In this document: positions 37,457 through 48,636 of the stretch, in pieces
How positions within the stretch are numbered: the stretch's first letter is position 1
How the letters are laid out: the number at the start of each line of letters is the position of its first letter
Origin: Clostridium sp. CAG:964
Lineage (GTDB): Bacteria > Bacillota > Clostridia > Oscillospirales > Acutalibacteraceae
NCBI GenBank assembly: GCA_000435335.1
Contig: FR891307.1
Location: 1,300 to 65,299 of the forward strand
DNA: 64,000 bases
Reading direction: 5' to 3'
The notes under the pieces: generated by a model
Told to the model about the DNA's origin: nothing
What the model saw: only the letters and a program-made list of their open reading frames with translations
Databases searched by the model: none
Translations under genes and position numbers: made by a program

Positions 37457-38171
37457 CATTATTACTTTGTTTCCGGAAATGTGTCAGGCTGTGCTGAACG
37501 AAAGCATTATTGGCAGGGCCGTCGCAAAAGGTGCTGTAGAAATAGTATACCACCAGCTGCGTGATTATGCATATGACAGGCACAAAAGGGTTGACGATAC
37601 CCCATACGGCGGCGGTATGGGTATGGTAATGAAGTGTGAGCCTATAGCCCTTTGCTTTGAGGCAGTATGTAACGAGCTGGGCAAAAAGCCGCATTTTATT
37701 TATATGTCACCTGTAGGCAGGGTGCTTAACCAAAGCATTGTAAAGCAAATAGCCTCCGGCTATGATAATATATGCATTCTTTGCGGCCACTACGAGGGGG
37801 TAGACCAGCGTGTGCTTGATATGCTGATTGACGAAGAAATTTCAATAGGCGACTATGTATTGACAGGCGGTGAGCTGCCTGCAATGGTGCTTGCGGACGC
37901 CGTATGCAGAATGCTGCCGGGCGTGCTTTCCAACGAGGAATGCTTTACAGAGGAAAGCCACTATAACGGGCTTTTGGAGTACCCGCAGTACACAAAGCCT
38001 GCTGTATGGCGTGAAAAAGAGGTTCCGCCTGTACTGCTGTCGGGCCACCACGAAAATGTTGACAACTGGCGCAGACAGCAATCGCTTATCCGCACTAAAA
38101 ATATACGGCCGGATATGTTTGAAAAAACAGAGCTTACCAAGCTTGATAAAAAGCTGTTGGAAAACCGGTAG
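37440..38171 (+). CDS. trmD: tRNA (guanine37-N1)-methyltransferase
   Basis: Classic TrmD sequence (DIITLFPEM..., SIGDYVLTGGELPAMV). Confidence 0.9.
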   Translation: MTMRIDIITLFPEMCQAVLNESIIGRAVAKGAVEIVYHQLRDYAYDRHKRVDDTPYGGGMGMVMKCEPIALCFEAVCNELGKKPHFIYMSPVGRVLNQSIVKQIASGYDNICILCGHYEGVDQRVLDMLIDEEISIGDYVLTGGELPAMVLADAVCRMLPGVLSNEECFTEESHYNGLLEYPQYTKPAVWREKEVPPVLLSGHHENVDNWRRQQSLIRTKNIRPDMFEKTELTKLDKKLLENR

Positions 38172-38279
38172 CCACATATACTGCTGTTTTTACGGTACAG
38201 CAAGCAAACTTAACAAGCTGACAAAGGCGTAACAGTCTGAACTAAGACTGTTACGCCTTTTATGTTTATATATTGGCAA

Positions 38280-39584
38280 TTACAAATCTAAATCGTTAGC
38301 TACAAGGTCGTCGTAAGACTCTCTTTTAACTATTAATCTTGCCTTGCCGTCCTTTACCATAACAATAGCCGGACGAGGGTTACGGTTATAGTTAGACGCC
38401 ATAGAGTAGTTATATGCACCTGTTGACAATACAGCCAGTATGTCGCCTACCTGAACATCGGCTACAGGAGTATCCTTTTGAATAAGGTCACCGCTTTCAC
38501 AGCATTTGCCCGCTACCGTAACCTTTTCGTTTGGCTTTTGGTCAGCCTTTCCTGCGTTTACAACAGTATATTCAGACTCATACAGGGCATATCTGATATT
38601 GTCGGTCATACCGCCGTCAACAGAAACATAGGTGCGAACGTTAGGAATTTCCTTTCTGCCGCCTACGGTGTAAAGTGTAATGCCGGCCTCACCCACAACA
38701 GAACGGCCCGGCTCCATATAAATAAACGGTACAGGAATATCATTTTCTGCCGCCTTTGCCTTTACAGCCTTTGAAACAGCCGCCATATAGTTGTCGTACG
38801 GTACAGGGTTGTCATTCTCTGTATACTTAATGCCGTAGCCGCCGCCCAGGTTCAGCTCTGTAACTAAGTGACCTGTCTCTCTCTTAATTTGACCGATAAA
38901 GTCCATCATAACCTCTGCGGCCTTAACAAACGGGTCAATATCAAATATTTGTGAACCAATGTGGCAGTGCAGCTCTGTTAAATCAACATTGCCAAGCTTT
39001 AGCGACTCCTTAACAGCAGCCATAGCTTCGCCTGTTTCAAGTGCAAAGCCAAACTTAGAATCAATTTGACCTGTCATTATAAAGTTGTGTGTGTGTGCGT
39101 CAATACCCGGCTTAATACGCATAGATATTTTAACAACCTTATTTTTCTCTCCGGCAATTTTATTTAAAAGCTCAAGCTCATAGAGGTTGTCAACAATAAT
39201 TTTGCCTATATTATAGTCCAAAGCCATTCTCAGCTCTGCCTCTGTTTTATTGTTGCCGTGGAATTGAATTTTCTCAGGTGGAAAGTTTGCTTTCATAGCA
39301 GTGTAAATTTCGCCGCCCGATACAACATCAAGCCCCATATTTTCGCTGTCTGCAAGCTGAACCAAAGCCTTGCAGCTTAGGGCCTTGCTGGCATACATAG
39401 GAAGTCCTTTTCCGTCATAATGAGTTTTTATTGAATTTACATACGATTTACAAGTGTTTCTTATAGTGGCTTCATCCATTACATAAAGGGGTGTACCAAA
39501 CTCTTTTGCAAGCTCTAATGTATCACAGCCGCCAATAGTAAGATGTCCCTTTTCATTTACATTTAAACAATCGTTTACAAACAT
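38280..39584 (-). CDS. lysA: Diaminopimelate decarboxylase
   Basis: 434 aa. Fold III PLP decarboxylase motifs (GGGYGIKY, CESGD). Confidence 0.9.
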   Translation of the reverse strand: MFVNDCLNVNEKGHLTIGGCDTLELAKEFGTPLYVMDEATIRNTCKSYVNSIKTHYDGKGLPMYASKALSCKALVQLADSENMGLDVVSGGEIYTAMKANFPPEKIQFHGNNKTEAELRMALDYNIGKIIVDNLYELELLNKIAGEKNKVVKISMRIKPGIDAHTHNFIMTGQIDSKFGFALETGEAMAAVKESLKLGNVDLTELHCHIGSQIFDIDPFVKAAEVMMDFIGQIKRETGHLVTELNLGGGYGIKYTENDNPVPYDNYMAAVSKAVKAKAAENDIPVPFIYMEPGRSVVGEAGITLYTVGGRKEIPNVRTYVSVDGGMTDNIRYALYESEYTVVNAGKADQKPNEKVTVAGKCCESGDLIQKDTPVADVQVGDILAVLSTGAYNYSMASNYNRNPRPAIVMVKDGKARLIVKRESYDDLVANDLDL

Positions 39585-39636
39585 TGCTTACATTCCCTTC
39601 ATTTTAAATTAATGAACAAATGTATTATACATTATT

Positions 39637-40230
39637 TCAGCTGCATTTTTCAACTGATTTCGATATATATTCTCTTATTTCTTCAATTCCCGTACCCTTT
39701 GTGGAGGAAACCGGAAAGATAGGCATGCTGCCATAACGGGAAAGTATAGAGCTAATCAGCTCCAGCTGTGCAGTCTGCTGCGTTTTTTTCAGCTTGTCCT
39801 GCTTGGTCAGTGCCACTGCAAAAGGTAATTTTGCGTCTGATAAAAATTTAATCATATTCAAGTCGTCAACGGTAGGCTTGTGGCGCATATCGACTATTTG
39901 AACTATCAAAGCAAAATTTCTGTCCTGTGCAAAATACCCCTCTACAAGCTCCGCCCAGCGTACCTTTTCTGCGTGGGAAACCTTTGCATAGCCGTAGCCG
40001 GGTAAATCTACCAAATTAAATGTATTGTCTACATTAAAGAAATTTATAGTGCCTGTTTTTCCCGGCTGTCCGCTTACCCTTGCCAGGGCTTTTCTGTTTG
40101 CAATTTTATTAATAAGAGAGGATTTGCCTACATTTGACCTGCCGGAAAAAACCACCTCAGGCAGCTCACCGCTTTTAAGCTGAGAGGCCTTTCCTACCGC
40201 CATAGTAAACTCTGCATTTGAAAAATTCAT
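39637..40230 (-). CDS. engB: Ribosome biogenesis GTP-binding protein EngB/YsxC
   Basis: G1 GRSNVGKSSLIN and G3 DLPGYG. The start is assigned to the ATG at 40230, preceded by AAGGAGG. Confidence 0.85.
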   Translation of the reverse strand: MNFSNAEFTMAVGKASQLKSGELPEVVFSGRSNVGKSSLINKIANRKALARVSGQPGKTGTINFFNVDNTFNLVDLPGYGYAKVSHAEKVRWAELVEGYFAQDRNFALIVQIVDMRHKPTVDDLNMIKFLSDAKLPFAVALTKQDKLKKTQQTAQLELISSILSRYGSMPIFPVSSTKGTGIEEIREYISKSVEKCS

Positions 40231-40240
40231 AATTTCCTCC

Positions 40241-42676
40241 TTACTGCACCGCAGGGCTAACAAGCTTAGCCTGCTTTTTTGACGACTTAGCCTTTGTACT
40301 GCGAACAGCCCTGCCGTTTACCAATGCAATATCAAGCACCTGCTCTATTCTGCTTACAGGCTTAAATTCTACCGCCTCTTTTACTACAGGATCCACCTCA
40401 TACAGGTCAGGCTCGTTGTCAGCGGGGATTATTACGGTTTTCACACCTACACGGTATGCCGCCATAGTTTTCTCCTTCAGTCCGCCTATAGGCAAAACTC
40501 TGCCACGCAGTGTAATTTCACCTGTCATAGCCACATCTCGCCTTACAGGCTTGCCGGTAAGGGCAGAAACAAGAGCAGTTGTCATTGTAACGCCTGCTGA
40601 CGGGCCGTCCTTTGGCACTGCACCCTCGGGAGCGTGAATATGTATATCGTATTTTTTGTAGAAATCTGCATCATAATTCTGCTTTACAGCCATTGCCCTT
40701 GCGCAGCTTATGGCGATTTTTGCGGATTCCTTCATAACCTCGCCCAAGGAGCCTGTCAACTCGATTTTACCCGTACCCGGCAGCAATGCCACCTCTATAG
40801 GAAGCGTTGTACCGCCAACTGCCGTCCACGCCAAGCCGTTTACCAAGCCCACTGCGTCAACCGATTCAATAGTATCCGGCTTATATTTTTTAGGCCCTAA
40901 AAGCTGTTCAAGCACCTTAGGAGTAACAGAAACCCTGTAATTCTCGTCACGCACTATTTCAACGGCCGCTTTACGCAGTAAATCATTTATTCTGCGTTCT
41001 AAATTACGCACACCGGCCTCACGGGTATAGCTGTCTATAAGCTCATACATGGCTGCTTTGGATATTTTAAACTGACTTGCCTTTATGCCTGTGTTTTTCA
41101 GTGATTTTGGTAATAAATGCTTTTTAGCTATATTGAATTTTTCCTCACGGGTATAGCTGTCAACAGTTATAATATCCATTCTGTCAAGCAGCGGCTCCGG
41201 TATTGCCGAATAATCGTTAGCTGTGGCAATAAAGAACACATGGCTAAGGTCATACGGCAAATCAATGTAGTGGTCAACAAAGGAATGGTTTTGCTCGCTG
41301 TCAAGCACCTCAAGCAGTGCGGAGGTTGGGTCCCCCTTGTAGTCGTTGCCCAGCTTGTCTATTTCGTCAAGAATAATAACGGGATTAGAGGTTTCGGCAA
41401 GCTTAACCGCATTCATTACTCTGCCCATCATAGCACCGATGTAGGTTCTGCGGTGTCCACGAATTTCAGACTCGTCATGCACGCCGCCTAAGGCAATACG
41501 CTGGCACTTTCTGCTTATTGCCCGGGCAATAGACTGTGCAATAGATGTTTTGCCCACACCCGGCGGGCCTACAAAGCACAGTATCTGCCCCTTAACATCA
41601 GGCGACAATTTTCTTACTGCAAGAGTTTCTACAATTCTTTCCTTCACCTTTGTCAAACCGTAGTGGTTTTTGTCTAAAATATGCTGTGCATAATCTACAT
41701 CAATAGCCTCTTGGTCAAAGGTGTTCCATGGCAAATCAAGGCAGGTATCAAGATAATTTCGTATTACATTTGCCTCCTGAGAACCCGGCGGCAGACTTGT
41801 AAGCTTTTCGCACTCCTTAACAAGCACCTTTTCCACCTCTTCGGAAAGGTGAAGCTCTTGAAGCCTGTCAAGATACTCCTTTGCCTCCTGGGTAGATTCA
41901 TCGTCAATATTAAGCTCGTCCTCCAAAACTCTAAGCTGCTCTCTTAGGTAATATTCCCTTTGACCCTCGTCTATTCTTTCACGAGTCATTTTATGAACGG
42001 AGTCTTCAATTTCGAGTATAAAAACCTCGTCGGTAAGGTAGGCAATAAGCTTTTGCTGTCTTTCCTCTACATTAATTGCCTCAAGCAGCTCCTGCTTTCT
42101 TTCGTATTCCATTCTGGTATTGCCGGCAATAAGGTCACAAATTTTTCCAGGCTCTCTTGAGGTTGAGATTTTATAAACAACATCAGACGGGAATTTAGGC
42201 ACTAAGTTAAGGTATCTTTCAAAAATATCCTTAATAGACCTTGTAAACGCTGTTTCCGTTACCTCATCATCATAAATATCCTCAACAGGGGATATTAAGC
42301 CTGTCATATAGCTCTGCTCAGAGCCTGCACCCAAAACCTTTGCACGGTACTTACCCTCAACAATAACTCTTATAAGATTGTCGGGCTGTCTTAATATTTG
42401 CTTAACCTCTGCAACTACACCTACAGAATACAAATCGTCAATAGTCGGCCTGTCTTTTTCAATTTCCTTTTGAGCGGCAACAAAAATAAGCTGGTCTGTA
42501 GTCATTGCCTTTTCTATAGCAAGTGCAGACATTTTTCTGCCAACATCAAAGTGGAGAACCATTTCCGGAAACACTACCATTCCACGCAGAGCCAGCACCG
42601 GCATTTCTATAAAATCATTAATATTTAACTCAGTATTTTCTTCATTTAACTCAACATTTTCTTCTGTCTGTTTCAT
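40241..42676 (-). CDS. lon: ATP-dependent Lon protease
   Basis: 811 aa. LON N-domain, AAA+ GPPGVGKTS and the protease Ser-Lys dyad region DGPSAG. Confidence 0.95.
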   Translation of the reverse strand: MKQTEENVELNEENTELNINDFIEMPVLALRGMVVFPEMVLHFDVGRKMSALAIEKAMTTDQLIFVAAQKEIEKDRPTIDDLYSVGVVAEVKQILRQPDNLIRVIVEGKYRAKVLGAGSEQSYMTGLISPVEDIYDDEVTETAFTRSIKDIFERYLNLVPKFPSDVVYKISTSREPGKICDLIAGNTRMEYERKQELLEAINVEERQQKLIAYLTDEVFILEIEDSVHKMTRERIDEGQREYYLREQLRVLEDELNIDDESTQEAKEYLDRLQELHLSEEVEKVLVKECEKLTSLPPGSQEANVIRNYLDTCLDLPWNTFDQEAIDVDYAQHILDKNHYGLTKVKERIVETLAVRKLSPDVKGQILCFVGPPGVGKTSIAQSIARAISRKCQRIALGGVHDESEIRGHRRTYIGAMMGRVMNAVKLAETSNPVIILDEIDKLGNDYKGDPTSALLEVLDSEQNHSFVDHYIDLPYDLSHVFFIATANDYSAIPEPLLDRMDIITVDSYTREEKFNIAKKHLLPKSLKNTGIKASQFKISKAAMYELIDSYTREAGVRNLERRINDLLRKAAVEIVRDENYRVSVTPKVLEQLLGPKKYKPDTIESVDAVGLVNGLAWTAVGGTTLPIEVALLPGTGKIELTGSLGEVMKESAKIAISCARAMAVKQNYDADFYKKYDIHIHAPEGAVPKDGPSAGVTMTTALVSALTGKPVRRDVAMTGEITLRGRVLPIGGLKEKTMAAYRVGVKTVIIPADNEPDLYEVDPVVKEAVEFKPVSRIEQVLDIALVNGRAVRSTKAKSSKKQAKLVSPAVQ

Positions 42677-42838
42677 AATACGCCTCCTTTAGCTGCTGTC
42701 AGCATATAACTAATGCTGCAGAATAATAATTCTGCTAATCGCAATAATCAACATTTCTAAAACTATAACATAAAAGCAACAAGGCTGCAACTAAATATAG
42801 TTACAGCCTAACATAATTAAAAGAATTCAGAAAGCAAA

Positions 42839-44158
42839 TCAGCCCGCATTGCTGCGTTTAATCTTTTTCTTTGCTTCCTTTCTGTCGGATACATCATCTG
42901 TCAGCAGTTTACGCTCCTGATTGTGGATGATAGTAACCACTGACGGATCCTTAACGGTTTCTGCTGAAATAATAACCTTTTCTATGGTAACATCTGACGG
43001 CACCTTAAACATTAAATCCATCAGCAGGTTTTCCATAATGGAACGCAGACCTCTTGCACCTGTGTTTTCCTTTTGGGCCTTTTCAGCAATAGCCTCCATT
43101 GCACCGTCTTCAAATTCAAGCTCTACATTATCAAGCTCAAATATTTTCTTGTACTGCTTAACAAGAGAGTTTTTAGGCTCTGTAAGAATTCTTATAAAGC
43201 CCTCTTTATCAATGGCATTAAGATGTGTTATAACAGGCAGTCTGCCGATAAGCTCCGGAATAAGACCATATTTTACAAGGTCATGAGGAACCACATTTTT
43301 CATCCAGTCAGTTTCGTTTGAAATCTGCTCCTTAGACTTAACCTCTGCACCAAAGCCGATAGAGCTGTTAGACGCCCTGTGCTCCATTGTTTTCTCCAAG
43401 CCGTCAAAGGCACCGCCGCAAATAAACAAAATATCCTTTGTATTTATAGGCAGATACTCCTGCTGAGGGTGCTTTCTGCCGCCCTGCGGCGGAACATTTG
43501 CAACAGTACCCTCCAGAATTTTCAGCAACGCCTGCTGTACGCCCTCACCGCTGACATCACGGGTAATTGAAGGGTTTTCCGACTTTCTTGATATTTTATC
43601 AATTTCATCGATATAAATAATACCCTGCTCTGCCCTTGCAATATCATAGTCGGCAGCCTGAATAAGACGAAGAAGAATATTTTCAACATCCTCACCTACA
43701 TAGCCTGCCTGTGTAAGTGTAGTTGCGTCGGCAATGGCAAAAGGAACATCAAGTATCTTTGCCAAGGTTTGTGCCAAGAATGTTTTGCCTGTACCTGTAG
43801 GCCCAAGCATTAAAACATTGCTTTTTACAAAATCTACATCAGTGTCTGTATTGTATATTCTTTTGTAGTGGTTGTACACGGCTACACAAAGGGTTTTCTT
43901 TGCCTCTTCCTGACCAACAACATACTCGTCAAGCTTTTCCTTGATTTGCTCAGGCTTCAGCAATGTTTTATAGCTGCCTGCCTCTTTACCGTGGTATTCG
44001 TCAACAGCCGGACGGCTATCGTTTAAAATGGACTGACACAAGCCAATACATTCCTCACAAATATAAACACCGTTACCCTCAATAAGTCTGCCTGACTCAT
44101 TCTGTGGTCTACCGCAAAATGAACAGCACAGCCTTCGCTTGTCATCCTTGCTTGCCAT
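42839..44158 (-). CDS. clpX: ATP-dependent Clp protease ATP-binding subunit ClpX
   Basis: C4 zinc finger CSFCGR...CEEC, Walker A GPTGTGKT and an LGF-type loop. Confidence 0.95.
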   Translation of the reverse strand: MASKDDKRRLCCSFCGRPQNESGRLIEGNGVYICEECIGLCQSILNDSRPAVDEYHGKEAGSYKTLLKPEQIKEKLDEYVVGQEEAKKTLCVAVYNHYKRIYNTDTDVDFVKSNVLMLGPTGTGKTFLAQTLAKILDVPFAIADATTLTQAGYVGEDVENILLRLIQAADYDIARAEQGIIYIDEIDKISRKSENPSITRDVSGEGVQQALLKILEGTVANVPPQGGRKHPQQEYLPINTKDILFICGGAFDGLEKTMEHRASNSSIGFGAEVKSKEQISNETDWMKNVVPHDLVKYGLIPELIGRLPVITHLNAIDKEGFIRILTEPKNSLVKQYKKIFELDNVELEFEDGAMEAIAEKAQKENTGARGLRSIMENLLMDLMFKVPSDVTIEKVIISAETVKDPSVVTIIHNQERKLLTDDVSDRKEAKKKIKRSNAG

Positions 44159-44187
44159 AGTACAACTCCTTTCCTTTGAAAATTAAA

Positions 44188-44781
44188 TTATCTCTGCATT
44201 ACCTTGTCAATTAAACCATAATCGCACGCCTCTTGTGCAGACATAAAGTTATCACGGTCTGTATCTCTTTCAATAACCTCAAGAGGCTGGTTTGTATTGT
44301 CGGCAAGAATTTTATTTAGTCTTGCCTTTATACGGTCAATATAATTTGCATGTATCATAATGTCCGAAGCCTGACCCTGGAAGCCGCCTAAAGGCTGGTG
44401 AATCATAATATCAGAGTTCGGCAAAGCATATCTTTTGCCCTTTGCTCCGGATGAAAGTAAAAATGCACCCATACTGGCTGCCATGCCCATACAAATAGTA
44501 GAAACATCACACTTAATATACTGCATTGTGTCATAAATAGACATACCTGCCGTAACAGAGCCACCCGGGCTGTTTATATACAGTGAAATATCCTTTGTTG
44601 GATCTTGGCTTTCAAGATATAAAAGCTGTGCAACAACAAGGCTTGCAGATGCGTCGTTTACCTCCCCCGTAAGCATAACAATTCTTTCGCTTAACAAACG
44701 GGAGAAAATATCATACGAACGCTCGCCTCTGCTTGTTTGCTCAACAACATAAGGCACCAAATTACTATTTCTAATTTCCAT
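44188..44781 (-). CDS. clpP: ATP-dependent Clp protease proteolytic subunit ClpP
   Basis: [19 protein letters not shown] and the catalytic Ser context GMAASMGAF. The start is assigned to the ATG at 44781, preceded by AAAGGA. Confidence 0.9.
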   Translation of the reverse strand: MEIRNSNLVPYVVEQTSRGERSYDIFSRLLSERIVMLTGEVNDASASLVVAQLLYLESQDPTKDISLYINSPGGSVTAGMSIYDTMQYIKCDVSTICMGMAASMGAFLLSSGAKGKRYALPNSDIMIHQPLGGFQGQASDIMIHANYIDRIKARLNKILADNTNQPLEVIERDTDRDNFMSAQEACDYGLIDKVMQR

Positions 44782-44998
44782 CTTAAACATTCCTTTCAAA
44801 ATACATTATATTTAAGGCAGCACCGCAAAGCCGCCGCATATTAATTTTGTGCTGTGCATAAAAAATCACAAAGCAAGTGTGGAATATGCAGTCCGCAATG
44901 CCTGTACAGTGCCGCCTTTGTAGTAAGTCCCCAAAACTAACCGCCGCTTATTACTTATATAATACTAGGCAAAACATAATGTAAATATTCATGAAAGA

Positions 44999-46282
44999 TT
45001 AATTATTGGCAATGGCACTTTCCTTTACAAAGTCCATAGCCTTTTCTACAGCTATGTCCTTCTTTAGCTCGTCTGCAGGAATTGCAGCCTTTACCTTGTC
45101 AATATCCATCTTATATGTATCAGCAAGTCTGCTGTACTCTGCCTCTAAATCCTCGTCAGAAACATCTGTAAAGCCCTGCTGCTGTGCAATCTTCTCAAGT
45201 GCAAGTCTTAGCTTAACTCTCTTTTCAGCCTCCGGCTTGTAAGAATTCTTAACAGCCTCAGCGTCCATACCCATATACTGCAGGTATGTGTTCATATCCA
45301 AGCCCTGTGAACGCAGACGCATATCAAATTCACGCATCATATCGTTTACCTTGTTGTCATACATAGCCTCAGGAATTTCACCCTTTAGCAGCTCACAAAG
45401 CTTTGCAATAAGCTGATTTTCAACATCGGCGTCAGACTCCTTCTGCAGCTTTTCAGCCAGCTCATCAGCAACCTGAGCCTTGTATTCCTCTACAGTTTCC
45501 TTATCACTTACATCCATAACAAAGTCGTTGTCAAGCTCAGGCAACTCCTTTGCTTTAATTTCGTGAAGCTTAATCTTAAATTCGCTTTCCTTGCCTGCAA
45601 GCTCATCAACCTGGTACTCCTCCGGGAAGGTAACCTTAATTGTAAACTCGTCGCCTGTGTTCTTGCCGACAATCTGCTCCTCAAAGCCCGGAATAAACTG
45701 TCCGCTGCCCAGCGTTAGGTTGAAGTTTTCAGCCTTGCCGCCCTCAAAAGCCTCGCCGTCAACAAAGCCCTCAAAGTCGATTACTGTAATATCGCCGTCC
45801 TGTGCAGGTCTGTCCTCTACAGTAACAAGTCTGCTGTTTTTATCTCTTTGCTTGTCAATTTCTTCATTTACAAGCTCTTCTGTAACCTCAGTTGACTTTG
45901 GTGTTACCTGAATACCCTCATAGTCGCTGATTTCAACCTCCGGCTTTACAACAACAACAGCCTTAAAGGTTAAACCGTCCTTGCCGACCTCTTCTACAGA
46001 AACATTATCTACAGCTACAACATCAAGCTTAGCCTCGTCTACTGCGTCAGCAAGTGCTGTTGGATATATATTCTCAATAGCGTCATCGTAAAATACGCCC
46101 TCGCCATACATTTTTTCAATAATTGCCTTTGGTGCCTTACCCTTACGGAAGCCCGGTATGCTAATCTTCTTAACTTCCTTGCGGTAAACACTGTTTACTG
46201 CGTCTGTAAATGTCTTGCCGTCAACCTCAACAACAAGCTCATGTTTGTTAGTTTCTACACAATTTGCAGATTTTAGACTCAT
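44999..46282 (-). CDS. tig: Trigger factor
   Basis: 427 aa. Ribosome-binding N-domain with the GFRKGKAP motif and an FKBP-like middle domain. Confidence 0.9.
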   Translation of the reverse strand: MSLKSANCVETNKHELVVEVDGKTFTDAVNSVYRKEVKKISIPGFRKGKAPKAIIEKMYGEGVFYDDAIENIYPTALADAVDEAKLDVVAVDNVSVEEVGKDGLTFKAVVVVKPEVEISDYEGIQVTPKSTEVTEELVNEEIDKQRDKNSRLVTVEDRPAQDGDITVIDFEGFVDGEAFEGGKAENFNLTLGSGQFIPGFEEQIVGKNTGDEFTIKVTFPEEYQVDELAGKESEFKIKLHEIKAKELPELDNDFVMDVSDKETVEEYKAQVADELAEKLQKESDADVENQLIAKLCELLKGEIPEAMYDNKVNDMMREFDMRLRSQGLDMNTYLQYMGMDAEAVKNSYKPEAEKRVKLRLALEKIAQQQGFTDVSDEDLEAEYSRLADTYKMDIDKVKAAIPADELKKDIAVEKAMDFVKESAIANN

Positions 46283-46381
46283 GTTTATTTTCCTCCTGAA
46301 TTGTTATGTTGAGTTGCGATTTATTATAACATAACAAGTATTATTTTTCTATACCTAAATACAAAAAATTGTAATAGTACA

Positions 46382-47071
46382 TCATCTTACAAGTATCGGC
46401 ACAAATTTCACATAATCACTGGAAATAAGCTTAAAATTTATGCCCTCAAATTCGCCTGTTACGGCTTTTTTGGCCACATTTGAGCCATGCAAATGGCCGT
46501 AGTAGCACTTTTTAATATTATATTCCTTAAGAACATTTAATATGTCGTCACAGCGTTGGTCGCCGTATACCGGCGGATAGTGCAAAAACACAACAGGCTC
46601 AAGGCCTGTTTTAAGTGCCTCTGCAATAGAGGTACGCAGTCTGCCTACCTCTCTGTTAAGCACCTTTTTGTCACTGTCGGCCTCGGCATCATAAAACCAG
46701 CCTCTGGTACCGCATACGGCATATTCACCTACTGCCTTTGCAGAATTAAAAACAATCTCTATGGAATCAAAGCCGTTTTCCCTAAGATAATTTTCTATCT
46801 TTCGTCTTGTATCCCACCAATAGTCATGGTTGCCCTTTAAAAGCAGCTTTTTCCCCGGCAGGTTATGAATAAACTTAAAATCCTCATAGCATTCGTTGAG
46901 CTTCATAGCCCACGATATATCGCCCGGAATTACAACGGTATCTTCATCTGTAACAAGACTTCGCCAATTTTTTTCAAGTCTTTCCTCATAATTGTCCCAC
47001 CCACGAAAAATATTCATAGGCTTGTTTGCTCCAAAGGAAAGATGCAAATCGGCTATTACGAATAAAGACAT
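46382..47071 (-). CDS. Metallophosphoesterase family protein
   Basis: DLHLS...GDISW...GNHDYW...HLHG calcineurin-like phosphoesterase motifs. Confidence 0.6.
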   Translation of the reverse strand: MSLFVIADLHLSFGANKPMNIFRGWDNYEERLEKNWRSLVTDEDTVVIPGDISWAMKLNECYEDFKFIHNLPGKKLLLKGNHDYWWDTRRKIENYLRENGFDSIEIVFNSAKAVGEYAVCGTRGWFYDAEADSDKKVLNREVGRLRTSIAEALKTGLEPVVFLHYPPVYGDQRCDDILNVLKEYNIKKCYYGHLHGSNVAKKAVTGEFEGINFKLISSDYVKFVPILVR

Positions 47072-48582
47072 TAGTCAATACCCAGGGTCTTCAGCACATA
47101 TGCAGGCATATCCTCAACAGCAGAAACATTGTTAAAGCGTACCTCTTTATTCTTTAGCTGAGCAAGAGGCTTTGGCACCTCTACGCCGGTTACCTTGTTC
47201 ATTTGTTCTACCATATCAAACTCGCTGCCGCAAATTTCGTCCTTTGGAATAATTGAACCCAAAACGCTCTTTGAGAACTTATACGGGCTTGCTGTAGAAG
47301 CCAAAATTACAGGTGTTTCCTTGTCGCCTGTCTTTTCAACATACTGTGCATATACATCAACAGCAACGGCTGTGTGAGTATCTGCAAGATAGTTTGACTG
47401 CTCATAAAGCTCTTTAATTGTTTTTGCGGTAGACTCCTCGTCGCAGAAGCCGCCGAAGAATCTCTCTGAAAGCCTGTCCATAATCTTATCGTCAACCTTA
47501 TATTTACCCTCTGTCTTAAGAGCAGTCATATAAGATTTAACCTTTTGGTCGTCGCCGTCCGAAAGAATGTAAAGCAGTCTTTCAAGGTTGCTTGAAACAA
47601 GAATATCCATAGAAGGTGACATTGTTGTATAGAAATGTCTGCCCTTATCGTAAACGCCTGTGTTAATAAAGTCTGTCAAAACATTGTTTGAGTTGGACGC
47701 ACAGATAAACTTGTTTATAGGCAGGCCCATAAGCATAGCATAGTATGACGCAAGTATGTTGCCGAAGTTGCCTGTAGGCACTACAACATTAACCTTGTCG
47801 CCAAACTTAATTGTACCCTTGTTTACAAGGTCGCAGTATGCGGAAATATAATAAACTATCTGCGGCAGCAGTCTGCCCCAGTTAATAGAGTTAGCACTTG
47901 AAAACAGCTTGTCATTAGCCTGCAGCTTTTCGATAATCTCAGGAGTTGTAAAGATTTTCTTAACGCCTGTCTGTGCATCGTCAAAATTGCCCTTAATGGC
48001 ACAAACATCTACATTGCTGCCCTCCTGGGTTGTCATTTGACACTTCTGCATTGGGCTTACGCCGTCCTGTGGGTAGAATACAATTATTCTTGTGCCCTTT
48101 ACATCCTTAAAGCCCTCTAGTGCAGCCTTACCTGTATCGCCGGATGTTGCAACAAGAATAACAGCCTCTTTACCCTCATATTTTTTTGCAAGAGATTTAG
48201 TTAAAAAGTACGGCAAAATTTGCAGTGCCATATCCTTAAAAGCTGATGTAGGACCATGCCAAAGCTCAAGAATATTCATAGTGTTGCCGTTTAGTTTAGC
48301 AGAAACAATAGGTGCAGGGTTTTCGCTGCCGAATTTTTCTGCTGTATAAGCGTTGTCTACACAGTCAGCTACCTCTTCGGCGGTAAAGTCGCTTAGGTAG
48401 TCGGCAATAACCTTTTTCGCTCTGCCCTTATAGTCCATTTTCAGCATAGCCTTAAAATCCTCTTCGCTATACTTTGGAATTTCCATTGGTACAAATAAAC
48501 CGCCGTCGTTAGAAATGCCCTGTGAAATAGCTTGAGCAGCCGAAACAACTATTTTTTTGTCTGTTGTACTGTTATAGTTCAT
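47071..48582 (-). CDS. thrC: Threonine synthase (long, E. coli-type)
   Basis: LWHGPTSAFKD PLP-lysine motif. About 500 aa. The start is assigned to the ATG at 48582, preceded by GAGAGG. Confidence 0.85.
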   Translation of the reverse strand: MNYNSTTDKKIVVSAAQAISQGISNDGGLFVPMEIPKYSEEDFKAMLKMDYKGRAKKVIADYLSDFTAEEVADCVDNAYTAEKFGSENPAPIVSAKLNGNTMNILELWHGPTSAFKDMALQILPYFLTKSLAKKYEGKEAVILVATSGDTGKAALEGFKDVKGTRIIVFYPQDGVSPMQKCQMTTQEGSNVDVCAIKGNFDDAQTGVKKIFTTPEIIEKLQANDKLFSSANSINWGRLLPQIVYYISAYCDLVNKGTIKFGDKVNVVVPTGNFGNILASYYAMLMGLPINKFICASNSNNVLTDFINTGVYDKGRHFYTTMSPSMDILVSSNLERLLYILSDGDDQKVKSYMTALKTEGKYKVDDKIMDRLSERFFGGFCDEESTAKTIKELYEQSNYLADTHTAVAVDVYAQYVEKTGDKETPVILASTASPYKFSKSVLGSIIPKDEICGSEFDMVEQMNKVTGVEVPKPLAQLKNKEVRFNNVSAVEDMPAYVLKTLGID

Positions 48583-48636
48583 ATAAATTACCTCTCTTAC
48601 AAATTTCATCTATCCTATAATATATAACAAAAAGTT

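Noticed and set aside
42677-42838. Short inverted repeat (cagcat...atgctg) between lon and clpX
   Set aside because: Only a 6-bp stem. It could be part of a CtsR/HrcA-type operator or coincidental. Too weak to call.
44782-44799. Longer ClpP N-terminus starting at the ATG at 44799
   Set aside because: No RBS precedes it. AAAGGA precedes the ATG at 44781 with proper spacing, and the shorter N-terminus matches ClpP orthologs.
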